DNA from: Psilocybe cubensis
Taxonomy: Eukaryota
NCBI GenBank assembly: GCA_017499595.2
Contig: CM039004.1
Span: 744,001 to 808,000, forward strand
DNA: 64,000 nucleotides
Direction of reading: 5' to 3'
Shown in pieces: positions 26,229-36,372 of the stretch. A model generated the notes under the pieces. That model was not told the DNA's origin, did no database searches, and worked only from the letters and a program-made list of their open reading frames with translations. The position numbers and the translations under genes are program-made. Every line of letters starts with the position of its first letter. The first letter of the stretch is position 1.

Positions 26229-26370
26229 GTGGAGCCTTTAGGATCCTGGACAATCAACAAGGTTGACCTCCAAGATCGGCTTTTTTTACGTCACACGTAG
26301 TGACGTTTAACCCCGGGGAAATGTCTTAGCACGCTCTGTGTGAGAGCAGTGTAGGACTGGGGAACCGTTT

Positions 26371-29300
26371 TCAACGGTTGCGTCCAGACGGACACCCCTC
26401 TATACCCACTAAAACCCCGGCGGCTGTGAGCCAGTCATCACCCAGGTCTCCCTGGTTGAGTAGCACCCCCCACCAGGTTTTTTGAACCAGTGAGGGGTTG
26501 AGTGCTCTTTTTCCGTAGCGTCTCTCATTTGTTGAGAGGCAGTCGATTTTGAGTCGTCTGTTTATGGTTTGTATCCATTTTTGTCGGATTCCGTCGTCAC
26601 TAATTATTTTGTCGTCTCGTGCTCCGTGTTCAATTTTCCACTTGCATCTCATTTTCCAGATGAGGTGTGCGCTCTCAGATATCAGTATCGCGTAGAGCCT
26701 GTTCGCTCCCGTTAATGTGGTTCTTTTCTTTTCCGGATGGAAGTTTGCGAGGCCGCACCCAAGTATGTGTCCAATTTTTGGTTTTTTCCAGTCGAGTTTA
26801 CGGAGGCTCCATAGTTCTTCGGCTGCTTGCCATACTGCTTCTTGGCCTGTCGCTCTGCACTCGGTGAGTATGTGTTCCATTGTGTCTGTTGTTTGGCAGA
26901 CGTGGCAGTAGCCTCTGATTTCGTAGCCTGGGATCCGTTCCCAGTATTCGCCCACTTTGTAGGCATCGTGCATGGTTTTCCAGAGGAAGGCTCTTCCTCG
27001 GACTGAGATGTCTCTTTTCTTTATGGCCGCCCAGATTTGTTTATCTGTTGGCAGACATCTTCCTATTTCTTCTGCAGCGTATCGTGTCTTGTCTAGGTTT
27101 ATTAGGGTTTGTCTCCTCGGTTCTACTTTTTCCTTTTCTCTTCTCATTATAGCTTTGTATGCGGTTGACTGGGACATCGCCTGTATCTTAATCCCAATTT
27201 GGTGTTGTGTGGTAGGTTGTTCCCTTGGTGGTTCATCTGGTCTGTCATTTCTTACTTCTCCGTGTGCAGGAGAGATCAGGTTTTGGGCCTCTTCGAGGGT
27301 CGTCCACTCATCTGGTTCGTCCTCGGTTATTGTCTGGAAAGTTGTTTGAGCTTTCCTCTGTCGTAGAAGGTTTAGTATTTCTTGCAGAATGTCTGCATCG
27401 TGGTCCTTTGTCCACCCACAGTCTTCTAGGTGGTGAATTTGTTCATGGAGCATTTTTGTCAGGTGGGGTGATTTTGATTTGAAGTCAAGTTTAACGGTAT
27501 GTTGCTCGTCGCGTAGTATGAGTTGGAGCAGGGTTAGCATGCTGCGTCTTGCTGTCTGCGTGGGGCCTGTTCTTTTAATGGTGAAGTTCTTTGCGTTATT
27601 TCCTGCATACCAGGCTACTCCAGATGATGTTGCCGTCTCAGTGTTAGTGTTCTTACACGTGCTGGCTAAGTATATGACTTGTTTGTCTTCCGGGTCTGGT
27701 TCTGGTTCTGGTTCCTCCTCGAATACGGGGGGATAGGCTTGTACTTGTCTGTCTCCTGGTTCCGGCGTGGGCGGCTTACTTCTGAAAACTCTCAGGTTGG
27801 ACAGAGGTGTTCCGTTTGTTGAAGTTTTTGGATTGAAGATAACTGGCTTGTTTGTCATTATGTTCCGGTTGTTTGTCTCCACATCCTGTGCTGATAAGCT
27901 GGGGATGTCTTCTGCCTTCCTTGGGTCCCAATTTGGGAGTAGGATGTCCAATACTTTTGCAGCTGCCTCGCGACATAGTGCTGGGTTGTTGCAGCCGGCG
28001 GCTCTGTCTTCTTTACATAATGCACATTTGCAGTTTCTACGTCGCAGGTGGCCTCTGCCGTTATTTCGGTGGGCAAAGGCCGCCATCTGGCCTGTCAGCG
28101 ATATATGGTGGTTTTGCTGCTGGCATCTTACCCATTTGTGTGTTCTGTACGACCTTTTGTTCGGGTCGAAGCCTATGTGGTGCCAGATTGGCATTTGTTC
28201 TCTCATTTGTTTGCCTGGGTTCACGTCGTGGACTCCAACATTGTACTTTCTTGCTGTTGCTAGCATGTCTCGTAGGCTGTCTGGTATGTTAGGGTTACTT
28301 TGTAGTTTCGCTGTCCAGTTTTGCAGGAAGTAGTTGTCTTCTTTTGCAACATCGGGGACGTCAAAGGCCTGGTTTGCGTTTAGGACAAGGATTTGGTCTG
28401 CTACTTTAGCCCATCTCGGCCTATCTTTTGGGGGCTTTGTAAAGTTTCGGAGTTTCATGAGCTCTATGGCTTCGTTTCGCGCTTTTATATCTAGTAGGTT
28501 TCTGCCTCCCTCATTTATTGGTAGGCGTATTGTGTTAATATTTACGGTGGCGGATTTGTCGTCCCAGAAGAATTTGTGGATCTTCTTTTCAATCTGGTCA
28601 GCTACTTCTTTGGGCATACTTTGTACTTGGGCCTTGTATTGGGTGAGTCCCCCAACGACCATGTTTATGATTAGTCGGCGGCCTTCTTGGGTTGGATGGC
28701 TTCTTCCCCATCTCGCAAGTTGCTTATCGATTTTTTCAAGTGTAGGCGTCCACACTGACAGGTTTTTAATGTCGTTTCCAATGTAGGCTCCCAGGAGTCT
28801 TACTGGTTCTGAGTCTCTTGCTATTTTAATGCTTGGGTCAATGTGTGTGGTGTTGGACGGTTTAAGTTTTCGGGTGTCTATTACATTCTTACGGTATTGT
28901 GGTGATCCCGCTGGTATTATTACTGTCTTGTTCTGATTGAACTTTGCCCCCGACACTTTGCACCATTTCTGTAGGACACCAAAAAGAGTTTGTATGTCAT
29001 CGTCTTTGCATAGGTAGACCGTCGTGTCATCAGCAAACAGGGTTGTAATCAGCCTTTCTGTTTCTCCCTTGATTTTGAATCCTTGTAGAGGTGAGTCCCG
29101 GAGTAGTTGCGCTAGAGACTCTATTGCTAAGTTGAAAATAAGGCAGGAGAGGGGGTCTCCTTGGCGGACTCCTCTGGTTATTTTGTACGGTTCGCCTATT
29201 TCTCCATTTATAATGATTACAGTTTCTCCATTTTCATATAGTGTTCTTACTGAATTTATAAAGTGCTGCGGGAGATTTAGTTTCTCCAGTGTTAGCCATA

Positions 29301-31365
29301 TAAATTTGTGTTGTATTTTGTCGTATGCCTTCTCTTGGTCTAAGCAGATGATGACTCCATCCTGTTCTTCTGCTTCACAGTTGCTTAGCATGAGTCGAGC
29401 TAGTTCTGTTTGGTCTGTTATTGACCTTCCTTTCATAAATCCTGCTTGGTCGGGATGTACCAGAGTAGGTGCTACGCGGGAGAGGCGGTTTGTTAGTATT
29501 CTTGTGAAGATCTTATAGTCTGTGTTTAGGACCGTGATGGGTCTGTAGTTACTAATGTGGGTTTTATCCCCTTTTTTATATATGGGGCACATCCATCCTT
29601 TAGGGAAGTCGGACCCGTTTTCGAGTCCTCGCTTTTCTATGTCGTTGAAAACCTTGGTGAGTAGTGTAATAACGTCAAAGGTAGGGTTATTGTGTTTTTT
29701 GTCATTTTCGTGTTGTGCGATTAGCATCTTCCACAGTTCATGGGGGATGCCGTCTATACCCGCCGCCTTTCCATCGGGTAGGTCTTTGCAGGCTTGGCTG
29801 ACCTCTTCCTTTTTCATGAGGGTCGCTAGGGTTGCCTTTTCATTGTTGGATAGTTTTGGTCTTAGGTGGCTTAGGACGTCATTGTAGTCCTCGTTACTGG
29901 GGTTAGTGTCTCCTCCATCTTGTTGTAGGTTGTTGTGGTATGTGGTTGCAATTTTTGTCATCTCTCTCGTACTTCTGGTATACATTTTGTTTCCTGGTGT
30001 GGACTCTAGTGTTTGGAGTTGTGGTAGTGTATCCCGGGGCAGTCGGTCTTTATTTGCCTGTACCCAGAATTTTCCTATGCGCTCGCTCTCAAGCGCTCCT
30101 TTAACTGCAATGTTATCTCTCGTTTTTGTGTGGCGGAGAGTTTCGAGTTGTTTTATTTTTTCCTCTATGGCTGCTAAGTCCGCTTGTATCATTTCTAGTG
30201 GTTTACCTGGTGTGTTATTCAATGTTTGCTTTAGGTCGTCTTTTAGCTTTGCAATTCTTGCGTCCATCTTAGGGGTTTCACGTCTGGAGAACTCACGCGT
30301 GAACTTTAATATGTCTATTTTCAGCTTTTTAAAAATGCTCTGGGGGGTGTCGTGGCCCTGTCTTATGTCAGCCGGGAGTGTGTCAATCTTTTCAAGTGCT
30401 TGTCTGCCTAGTTTTTTTATTTCTGTAATGACTTTCTTGTCTTTTATGAGGTAGAGTGGTATAGCCCACCTGCCTTTTCCAATGAAGGGGGAGCCGGGGC
30501 TTGTGAACTCCATAGACACCATTTGGTGGTCCGTTTTGATAGCGGTATGGTTTATTTCCCAGTTTCTGCTATGGTTAAATATCTGTTCGGATACATAGAT
30601 TCTATCTATGCGTGATCTTGCTTGTGTAGCATCTTGCGTATATGTGAAGGCTATCGTGTTCGTGTTTGTGCGGCGCCATCCGTCTATAAGTCTGAAGTAG
30701 CTTTTAAGGTTTACTAAGCCATCCGTTTGCGTGTGGTTGTCTTGGTGCATAGGAAGGCGATCTATAGCTTCTTCTACCATGTTTAGGTCTCCCAGCATTA
30801 TGTCAGGGATTGGTAGGTTGCGTGTATCCCATTCTGTAACTAGTTTGTCCCAGAACTCTGCATTTTCATTTGATGGGTTAGGTGCATAGACCGCCAGGAT
30901 ATTTATCATTGAGTCATTTTTCCATGGGAGGGTCATCAGTGTTGCCCTTCCTGGTATTACCTTTATGGTTTTTGCCTCTTTCCAGGCGGTTAGCTGTTTG
31001 TTTAGGATAAGGGCAACCCCTTTAGCATTTGGTTGGGTAGGGTCACTGTTGTTTAAGATGTGGAGTCTGCCCGGGAATTGCTCGTGGAGACTATCTACAT
31101 CATCTGGCTTTAAGTGAGTTTCTTGAATCGCTAGGATTCCAATTTTGTTGTCTCTTATGATTTGGTTAACGTGACCCCACTTATGCCTTGTGTTGTTCGA
31201 TCCGCCCCCTCTTATGTTTAGGGAGGCGACTTTCAGGCTACCTCTGGTTGTTTTCATGTGTAGCTTATGGTTTTGGGCCCTAGGTTGAGTGGTCCGTCTA
31301 TTATTTTGGTTCTGGGTTGGTTGCCTCTGCGGCTGGTGTGTTGCATTTGCATTAGCATTACTCAT
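26371..31365 (-). CDS. LINE ORF2: APE endonuclease, reverse transcriptase, degenerate RNase H-like region, C-terminal zinc finger
   Basis: SLNIRG, IQETH, GDLN, SRIDRIY and TDH (APE); NYRPI, DQEKAYD, GVRQGDPLS and LFADDT (RT); CHVC..DTMEHILTEC. 1664 aa with no stops. Confidence 0.95.
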   Translation of the reverse strand: MSNANANATHQPQRQPTQNQNNRRTTQPRAQNHKLHMKTTRGSLKVASLNIRGGGSNNTRHKWGHVNQIIRDNKIGILAIQETHLKPDDVDSLHEQFPGRLHILNNSDPTQPNAKGVALILNKQLTAWKEAKTIKVIPGRATLMTLPWKNDSMINILAVYAPNPSNENAEFWDKLVTEWDTRNLPIPDIMLGDLNMVEEAIDRLPMHQDNHTQTDGLVNLKSYFRLIDGWRRTNTNTIAFTYTQDATQARSRIDRIYVSEQIFNHSRNWEINHTAIKTDHQMVSMEFTSPGSPFIGKGRWAIPLYLIKDKKVITEIKKLGRQALEKIDTLPADIRQGHDTPQSIFKKLKIDILKFTREFSRRETPKMDARIAKLKDDLKQTLNNTPGKPLEMIQADLAAIEEKIKQLETLRHTKTRDNIAVKGALESERIGKFWVQANKDRLPRDTLPQLQTLESTPGNKMYTRSTREMTKIATTYHNNLQQDGGDTNPSNEDYNDVLSHLRPKLSNNEKATLATLMKKEEVSQACKDLPDGKAAGIDGIPHELWKMLIAQHENDKKHNNPTFDVITLLTKVFNDIEKRGLENGSDFPKGWMCPIYKKGDKTHISNYRPITVLNTDYKIFTRILTNRLSRVAPTLVHPDQAGFMKGRSITDQTELARLMLSNCEAEEQDGVIICLDQEKAYDKIQHKFIWLTLEKLNLPQHFINSVRTLYENGETVIIINGEIGEPYKITRGVRQGDPLSCLIFNLAIESLAQLLRDSPLQGFKIKGETERLITTLFADDTTVYLCKDDDIQTLFGVLQKWCKVSGAKFNQNKTVIIPAGSPQYRKNVIDTRKLKPSNTTHIDPSIKIARDSEPVRLLGAYIGNDIKNLSVWTPTLEKIDKQLARWGRSHPTQEGRRLIINMVVGGLTQYKAQVQSMPKEVADQIEKKIHKFFWDDKSATVNINTIRLPINEGGRNLLDIKARNEAIELMKLRNFTKPPKDRPRWAKVADQILVLNANQAFDVPDVAKEDNYFLQNWTAKLQSNPNIPDSLRDMLATARKYNVGVHDVNPGKQMREQMPIWHHIGFDPNKRSYRTHKWVRCQQQNHHISLTGQMAAFAHRNNGRGHLRRRNCKCALCKEDRAAGCNNPALCREAAAKVLDILLPNWDPRKAEDIPSLSAQDVETNNRNIMTNKPVIFNPKTSTNGTPLSNLRVFRSKPPTPEPGDRQVQAYPPVFEEEPEPEPDPEDKQVIYLASTCKNTNTETATSSGVAWYAGNNAKNFTIKRTGPTQTARRSMLTLLQLILRDEQHTVKLDFKSKSPHLTKMLHEQIHHLEDCGWTKDHDADILQEILNLLRQRKAQTTFQTITEDEPDEWTTLEEAQNLISPAHGEVRNDRPDEPPREQPTTQHQIGIKIQAMSQSTAYKAIMRREKEKVEPRRQTLINLDKTRYAAEEIGRCLPTDKQIWAAIKKRDISVRGRAFLWKTMHDAYKVGEYWERIPGYEIRGYCHVCQTTDTMEHILTECRATGQEAVWQAAEELWSLRKLDWKKPKIGHILGCGLANFHPEKKRTTLTGANRLYAILISESAHLIWKMRCKWKIEHGARDDKIISDDGIRQKWIQTINRRLKIDCLSTNERRYGKRALNPSLVQKTWWGVLLNQGDLGDDWLTAAGVLVGIEGCPSGRNR

Positions 31366-32142
31366 TTGTAGCGGTGGTCTTTGCTCTATGTGGGCACCCG
31401 GGTTTGGGGAGGCGGCCGTGGTTGACCTGTCTGGGCATTGCCCTACACTGGCAGGGTTTCTTGAGGATTGACTTATGTCGCGGTCCTCACCCTCCGTTTG
31501 TGTTTGCGGCCTTACGGCTGCGCTGAAATAGCATCTGTCTCCGTGAAATCCAGAACCTTCATTGGAGTGTAGACCGACAGTGGAGTCTACAGTACCTCTG
31601 GTTTCTGAAAGTGCTGTGCCAATACAGGTGTTAACTACCGATGATTGGGAAAGACGAATATACGAAGAAGTCGGTTTCGAGGATTCCGGCAGTAACGACT
31701 ATCTAACCGGGTCCGGAGCCAATTTACCAAGGCTGCCTCAGGCAGAGCATGTTGGGAAGTACTTTCTGATTCTATTCCTAGATAATAGTTATCAGTATTC
31801 CATCGCAACTTCAGTCTCTCGACACGGCACGTCATTGACCTAAATAGGTCGCCGTTTGCGCTTCATATGAAGCTGCTTTTCACTCGGGCTTTCCTGTCCC
31901 AATTTGCATTAGTCAGTATGTGTGGGCCCTAGTGTCGATTATGAGCAAAGCACTTGTTTGTACCTTACCTCAATCTGAGGGGTTCGTCAATCTAGGTGCG
32001 AGTATGTGGCATGTACGACATGTCATTGTTCTATGTATGGTACACCAGTTACGTTACATAGAAGGGTACGGTGGGGTTCATATAGGTGGTAGTACAAAAA
32101 AATAAAGAGGAGAAAAAAAAAGAGGGAGGGGAGGGGAGGGTC

Positions 32143-33928
32143 TCAACGCCTCTTGACCTGGCCCTTGAAGTCCTTGTGGCTTGTTGCCTTGAAACCCCCT
32201 CCCTTTGGCTTGCTGGAGCCTTCGCCGCGGGTCGTCTTCCGAGGGGGTGGTTTTGTTGTGGGTGGAGGGTGGCGGTGGATGTGACGTGAGGTGCCGAGGG
32301 GGCAGAGGCCAGTAGGGTGATCGCGTCCCATGCAGAAGGAGCACTCAAAATCTGGGAGAGGGATGGCTGCCCCACGCGGGGTAGAGTACCGGCCTTGGCG
32401 AAGCAGCTGCCTGATGCGGTTCATGACGACGTTGTTAGTACATATTGGGGCAACATACACTCTGAAGACGACGCGCGTTGCCTTCCCCCCGGGTTGGAGG
32501 ACTTCCAGAGCATGGACTGCTACTGTCGAAGCCATGTCTCTCTGGATGCGGGAGCCAGTGATCTCGGGGTCAGACGTGATAGTGGCCATTTCACGGGAGA
32601 GGTGGTTCTTGAGCTCGTTGTTTGTTGTGATATGGTTGCGGATAGTCTCCTCAATGACCCTCTCGCTGGGGCGGGTAGCCTTATAGTTAAGGTTACCTAG
32701 AGTCATCACGTAGTGGGTCTGGAAGGGGGTTGTTTTGAAAGTGAGGAAAGTGAAGCCCGGGAGAAGGGACCATGCGACTCGTTGTTCAGTGATTTTGCGA
32801 TCGTGACGCTCGAGGCCGGAGATAAGGAGGGGGCAGGGGAGTTTGGGGTTTGTAGAGATGTATATGCCGGGAGCGACGTTGATGTTGGGGTTATGTGGGA
32901 ACGCCTTGTTAAGGCAGGTATTAACCGCATCTGCGATGTCGGGGGCATCACCTTCAGGTATACCCCCAACTGGCACTGCATAACATGTCCCCCCTCTAGT
33001 GATTACCCTTTTCCAGTCTTCGAGAACTTTCGGGTCAAGGTTCGCGGTGATGATGTCTAGCGTCACCCCTTGCACAACATCGTAGCCATCCTCTGGCGTG
33101 GGGTGGAGGCCTTTGACCTCTCCATAGGCCTGGTCGGTGAGCGCTTCGCTATACATGCTGAGGTAGCTCAGCGCGTCGTCGTCGTCGTCCCCTTCGCTGT
33201 CGTGGTCATCAGGCGAGATGTGACGTTCGGACTGTGGTTTGTCGCGGAAAGGGTTTGGGATGGGGGGATGAGGGGGTAGTTCGAGAGTGACGCTGGGGAG
33301 CACCCCTCCGGTATGGGTAGGGATATGAGGTTCACGTGGAGGGGGAGGTGGGGGGTGGTCGCGGCTAGCGCGTTTTGCAGGTTGGTTGTCGGTGGGATCG
33401 GCTGCCCGCTGGCGCTTGCGATTGTCTGGGTAGCGTGTTAGCAATGTACGGCATAATTATGTTGTGGTTTTTACCTGTTTCTCCTGCCTTGGGGGCAGGA
33501 GCTTTCGCCTGGGAGCGTCCTATGGCAGGGGCTCTTGCGGTTGGCACCATGTTCGACGACGAGGGGGGGGGAAGAGGGGGGAAGTCCGCTGGGGTGGTAC
33601 CAGGGGGTGTGTTTGGGCGTCGTTTGAAGGGGATCTGGATGGTCCGCCATACTTTCTTAGGTGGGGTGGCGGGTTCGTGCTCTGTCTGAGGGGGTTGAGG
33701 AGAGGGCTCCCTCATAACTTTGTCGGCCTGCGACATCTGGGTTTCGGTGCGGGCACTCCCGGTGAAGAACTCTTCAAGTTCGTCTTCGGGGGTGCCTGCG
33801 TAGTCGGCCGTCTCGTCCATGATAGGTGACGCATGCATGGACCTATTGGTGTCTACGCGTTGTTGGGAGCAAAGGACGCGCGGGGTGTTATCGAGGTTGT
33901 TGTTAACGTTGGTGTTGGAGTGGGACAT
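32143..33928 (-). CDS. LINE ORF1 (gag-like, CCHC knuckle), 578 aa after removing a 49-nt intron
   Basis: The two overlapping ORFs join in frame by splicing 33474-33426 (GTAAAA..GCTAAC..CCAG). C-terminal CSFCMGRDHPTGLC. Confidence 0.8.
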
Positions 33929-35562
33929 GTTTGAGAGTGGAGTGCGGCTGGGTTAGTTTGTAGGTTAAACTGGGGGGTATAGGAGTTGTCCTTACAGTAT
34001 ATATGTTTGCCTGCTACGTCGGCTGGGCGTTGTGCAGTGCGGAGGGACGCGTAATCCTCTGTTGGTGGCGTAGGTCTCCTTTGAAAGAAGGGTTAATGCT
34101 TTCTGCTTCTCACCTTTGTTTGTGACGTCTTCCAATTTTCCAAGACATAGGCTCTTTGTCCCATTGCCAAAGGGGTGTGTCTGCTCCGGTGTCTGGACCG
34201 TCTTTCAGTTGGGTGGCGATTTACTCTGGGTAGTGGCGTCTGGTGGCATGTCGTCTGTACCACTATGCCCTCTGGAGAGCTCTCTGGGTGTCGTGCGGGG
34301 GCTACATGGTGGATCGAAGGCAGCGGTTGATGGAGGAGAGGACAGCTAGTGTCTTTCCTGTACGTGGTACCGTCTTACGTCCTCGCCTTGCTCCAAATCT
34401 ACCCGTGGCACAGCTAGTGGACCATGGGAAAATTTAGCGAACATGGTGGTTCTGGAACAAGGAGCCCCCCCGGTTATGACTGGAATTGAACCAGTGACTC
34501 CTGAACATATATGCCAATACTTTACCACTGAGCTACATGACCTATAAATAGATAGAGAGTTGTATGTTAATATCCACTATTGCATCCATTGTTTTGACTC
34601 TGTATTGTGCTCTTTAATATTGACATTAGTATTGTAGTCATTCCACCCTTTCTATTCCATCCAATCTCATACCATAAAACCCCACAACCCAATCCACATT
34701 TACACTATAGTCTATATTATTTTGTAAAGTCTTGTGGTCTACTGGTTTAAGCACTATCTATTTTTGGCTAAGGTTGATGGTTCAATCCTCAACCAGGCCA
34801 TTTATTTCGCGCACAGACTATTAAGTCTACAGGCATATTGTAAGTACTGCCATATGTTGCATGGGCCTTGGTTATATATTCTCTGTAGATTGCTGTATAT
34901 TGTAAATACAATATATTAAACCTATGTAATGAAAACATATTGCATAATGATATTATATAAGGCTACTAAGTATAAAAAAGGCTACTGGGAAGTGGCCATT
35001 ATTATAGTATCTACTGTAAATTAAGCCTATGCTACTGAAAAAAACCTTTCCTGCAGATGAAGTTAGTACATTAGCTTATAGACATAGCTTCATATATATA
35101 TATATAATATTACAATCAATTATTTTCAGTGCTATTAAATTTGGACGAGCATGAATGTGAGCTGTATGGGGCAAGCCTATCATTGGAATAAATGCTACCA
35201 ATTACCTATTTCAACTAAGCACTGTAGTGTTCTGTAGCTAACTGCGCTATGCTACACAGTGCCATAAAGCTTGATATTGACCTCTACAGATAATCAAGTG
35301 ATGCCTTCTGTAGTACTACAGAGAATTATATGTCATACTACTTACTGCTTTACAGCATTCCTATAAGGACTACTGACTCCATTATGAGTCGCTATATAGC
35401 ATTTGGTAGCACGCTACCAAATGCTATACATCGCTACATAGTAACCTCATCTGACCACAGCATTACATAGTCATGTGAGGCAGTTACCTAAACAGGGACC
35501 CTTGCTACCGGAAGGTACATAGCGCTACAGATCGTCGGCTAGCAAATCACAGTTTACAGATG

Positions 35563-36192
35563 CTTGCCGTTCCGCTTGACACCGCAGTCTATGCTTGCCT
35601 GACATCAACCTTTTGGTCAGCCGCATGCTTAGGCCAATTCACAGTTCGTAACCTCTCTTCCTTTGACCCCGGTGCTCATGTGAAGAAGTCAAACATTTCT
35701 CGTGCTACTGACCGTGCCAGTAATGCAACAACCGTCTTCCTCATCCCGCGCACAAAGTGTGCCCCTGCGGAGGGCGAGGAGGTCTACTGGGCCCGCCAGG
35801 ATGGCCCGTCCGACCCCGAAGCTGCCCTTGCAAACCACTTCATGGTCAATTGCCCGCTCGATGAAGAGTTTCTTTTCTCTTATACACATGCAACGTCTGG
35901 CAAGCGGCGACCACTCACGAGGACCGCCTTTTTGGACCGCATCAAAAAGGCTGCTTTAGCTGCGGGTCTTGAACCGCTACATGGGCATGGCCTGCGCATT
36001 GGTGCCGTGTTGGAGCATTTACTCCGCGGTGTCCCTTTCGAGGTTGTAAAAGCGCTGGGCCGCTGGTCTAGTGAAGCGTTTGCCAACTATCTCCGCCAAC
36101 ACGCAAAAGTCCTGTCGCCTTACATTCAGAATTCCGCTTGTTTTTCGGAATTTAATCGCATTACGCTCAATATTCCGCCTGTGCGGAGGTAG
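35563..36192 (+). pseudogene. 3' (catalytic) half of the DIRS/Ngaro tyrosine recombinase
   Basis: HGHGLRIG, LGRWSS and ANYLR motifs. The first catalytic Arg position reads SAACLGQF (TGC at 35626). Confidence 0.9.
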
Positions 36193-36372
36193 CCTAACGC
36201 CCTGAACCAAAAAAGCTTGCGGCTCTTGTGAGTGTTGTTTCAGCTTTTTCACTGTTTTTTTTTTCAACTCGTTCTCTGGTCCCTGTGTTGCCCGCCTCCT
36301 GATTTGTGGGGGTCCTTTTGTTTCGCACGACGCGTCGTCGGGCATTGCTTTTCCCTCCTTCTTTGTTTCTTC

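Larger units (their letters stand above)
26197..34471 (-). mobile_element. Full-length L1-like non-LTR retrotransposon (about 8.3 kb) nested in the giant element
   Basis: Poly(A) tail (T run at 26197-26227), TSD GGTTATGACTGGAA at 26183-26196 and 34472-34485, G-run at the 5' end, intact ORF1 and ORF2. Confidence 0.95.
9472..35562. mobile_element. Giant (26,091 bp) Plavaka/CACTA-like DNA transposon with cargo genes and nested LINEs
   Basis: 19-bp TIRs with one mismatch: CATCTGTAAACTCTGATTT at 9472-9490 and AAATCACAGTTTACAGATG at 35544-35562. TSD CT at 9470-9471 and 35563-35564. The empty site restores the recombinase ORF, and a Plavaka transposase lies inside. Confidence 0.92.

Noticed and set aside
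26667-33829. Many plus-strand ORFs over the LINE, and similar shadow ORFs over copia and the GC-rich genes
   Set aside because: Antisense or alternate-frame shadows with no recognisable motifs.
8795-36192. Tyrosine recombinase as the mobiliser of the giant element (Starship captain-like)
   Set aside because: The recombinase lies outside the TIRs, is broken by the insertion, and is of DIRS/Ngaro type.
35560-36192. Stand-alone 210-aa integrase gene
   Set aside because: Its ATG comes from the TIR end, and it is the second half of a split gene.
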